DNA from: Callorhinchus milii
Taxonomy: Eukaryota
Assembly: GCF_018977255.1 (NCBI RefSeq)
Contig: NW_024704742.1
Coordinates: 69,504,001 to 69,568,000 of the forward strand
Reading direction: 5' to 3'
Length of the DNA stretch: 64,000 bases
The notes beneath the pieces were generated by a model, which worked only from the letters and a program-made list of their open reading frames with translations, ran no database searches and was not told the DNA's origin. Of the stretch, positions 63,058-64,000 are shown in pieces; the first letter of the stretch is position 1; each line of letters begins with the position of its first letter. A program made the position numbers and the translations under genes.

Positions 63058-63398
63058 TGAAGTCCTGTAGCTTATTTGTTAAAGCACTTGCCTCTCAAGT
63101 AAAAGGTCATGAAGCCGATTCCCGGGGAGGGCAAAAACCTTAGGTAAGTTTCCTTACCTACACACCACTGTTTACCTCGAAGTAAGTAGGAACCCGGTTG
63201 TTAGTTAATTAGCAGATCATTTTCCAGGGGTAAAAAAAATGTTGTCACTCAATCCATAACTGTTTGTGGGACATTGCTGTGGGCAATTGGTTACCGTATT
63301 CGCCCACAAACTATACAGTCATTTCACTGTACAGGAGATTCTGTGAAGTGCTTTGAGACGTCTTGAATACGTAAATGCCAGGATTATTATTATTATTA
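63058..63398 (+). mobile_element. tRNA-Ala SINE (family A)
   Basis: Standard head, body and tail. Confidence 0.82.
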
Positions 63399-64000
63399 AT
63401 GTGTTGCAGAAGGGAGAGGTGACCATAAGCACGGTCAAAAGAGGTAGGCTTTAAAGTGGAATTTAAAGACAGAGAGAGGAGCGAGGCAGACATTTTTTAC
63501 TGTAGAGTGTAGTGACTATGAATTTTGTAGATGAACGCGGCATACATTGACTGCTGTGTTTGTTGACTTGAACACAGTCACTACACTTTATAGTGAATGC
63601 ATACATTTTATCAAATGCAAGGATTATTTTTCTTATTATCTATCTATTTGGAAGGATCACATTACTAGACATCCGGAAAACTTTTTTGACTTAAAAAGTG
63701 TAGCAGCTGTTTTTTATATAAAAAAAAGAAAAATAAATCCAGCAGAATTATTCCAGTGCCTCAGTCAAATGGTGAAGGAAAGGATTGAACAGTTAGGATA
63801 GGAGAGGGAGAGGAGAGGAGCATGGAGAGAGGTGAGAGGAGAGAGAGGGAGATAGGCAGGTAGATGGTATCTCAAACTGAATGGTAAGGACATGTCAGTA
63901 AGCATTCATTTCTGATAACTAGATTAATCAGAAGGGAGCCAGTGGAGGACAAAACCAACTATTTCATCCGCTGCCACACTGACCTGCTCAGATAGATTAT

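Noticed and set aside
1..64000. CRISPR arrays, operons or other prokaryotic systems
   Set aside because: The sequence is vertebrate-type SINE/LINE-rich DNA with no regularly spaced repeat-spacer array.

Overview
Repeat-dense, apparently non-genic (intergenic or deep intronic) vertebrate DNA. The repeat content is two tRNA-derived SINE families (one with a Deu domain), L2 and CR1 LINEs and a Penelope-type terminal repeat, which fits a cartilaginous fish, probably a holocephalan (inference). I recognise no intact host protein-coding gene. The ORF track is almost all LINE fragments, SINE read-through and microsatellites. Items not obvious from that track: (1) an 812-bp internally deleted hAT DNA transposon (60814-61625) with 22-bp TIRs, a perfect 8-bp TSD and a three-frame transposase relic; (2) a second hAT transposase relic split by an L2 insertion; (3) a ~550-bp dispersed family, six larger copies, with LF-SINE-like blocks; (4) a unit present four times only within 16.7-22.6 kb, including an inverted pair; (5) a Penelope-like palindrome with a degenerate hammerhead ribozyme core; (6) an ETS-motif cluster followed by a consensus splice donor; (7) several repeat-free islands rich in homeodomain/Pbx/Meis motifs. 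Many further degraded SINE/LINE fragments are not listed individually. Most repeat boundaries are approximate, and family names come from recalled consensus features, not database searches.
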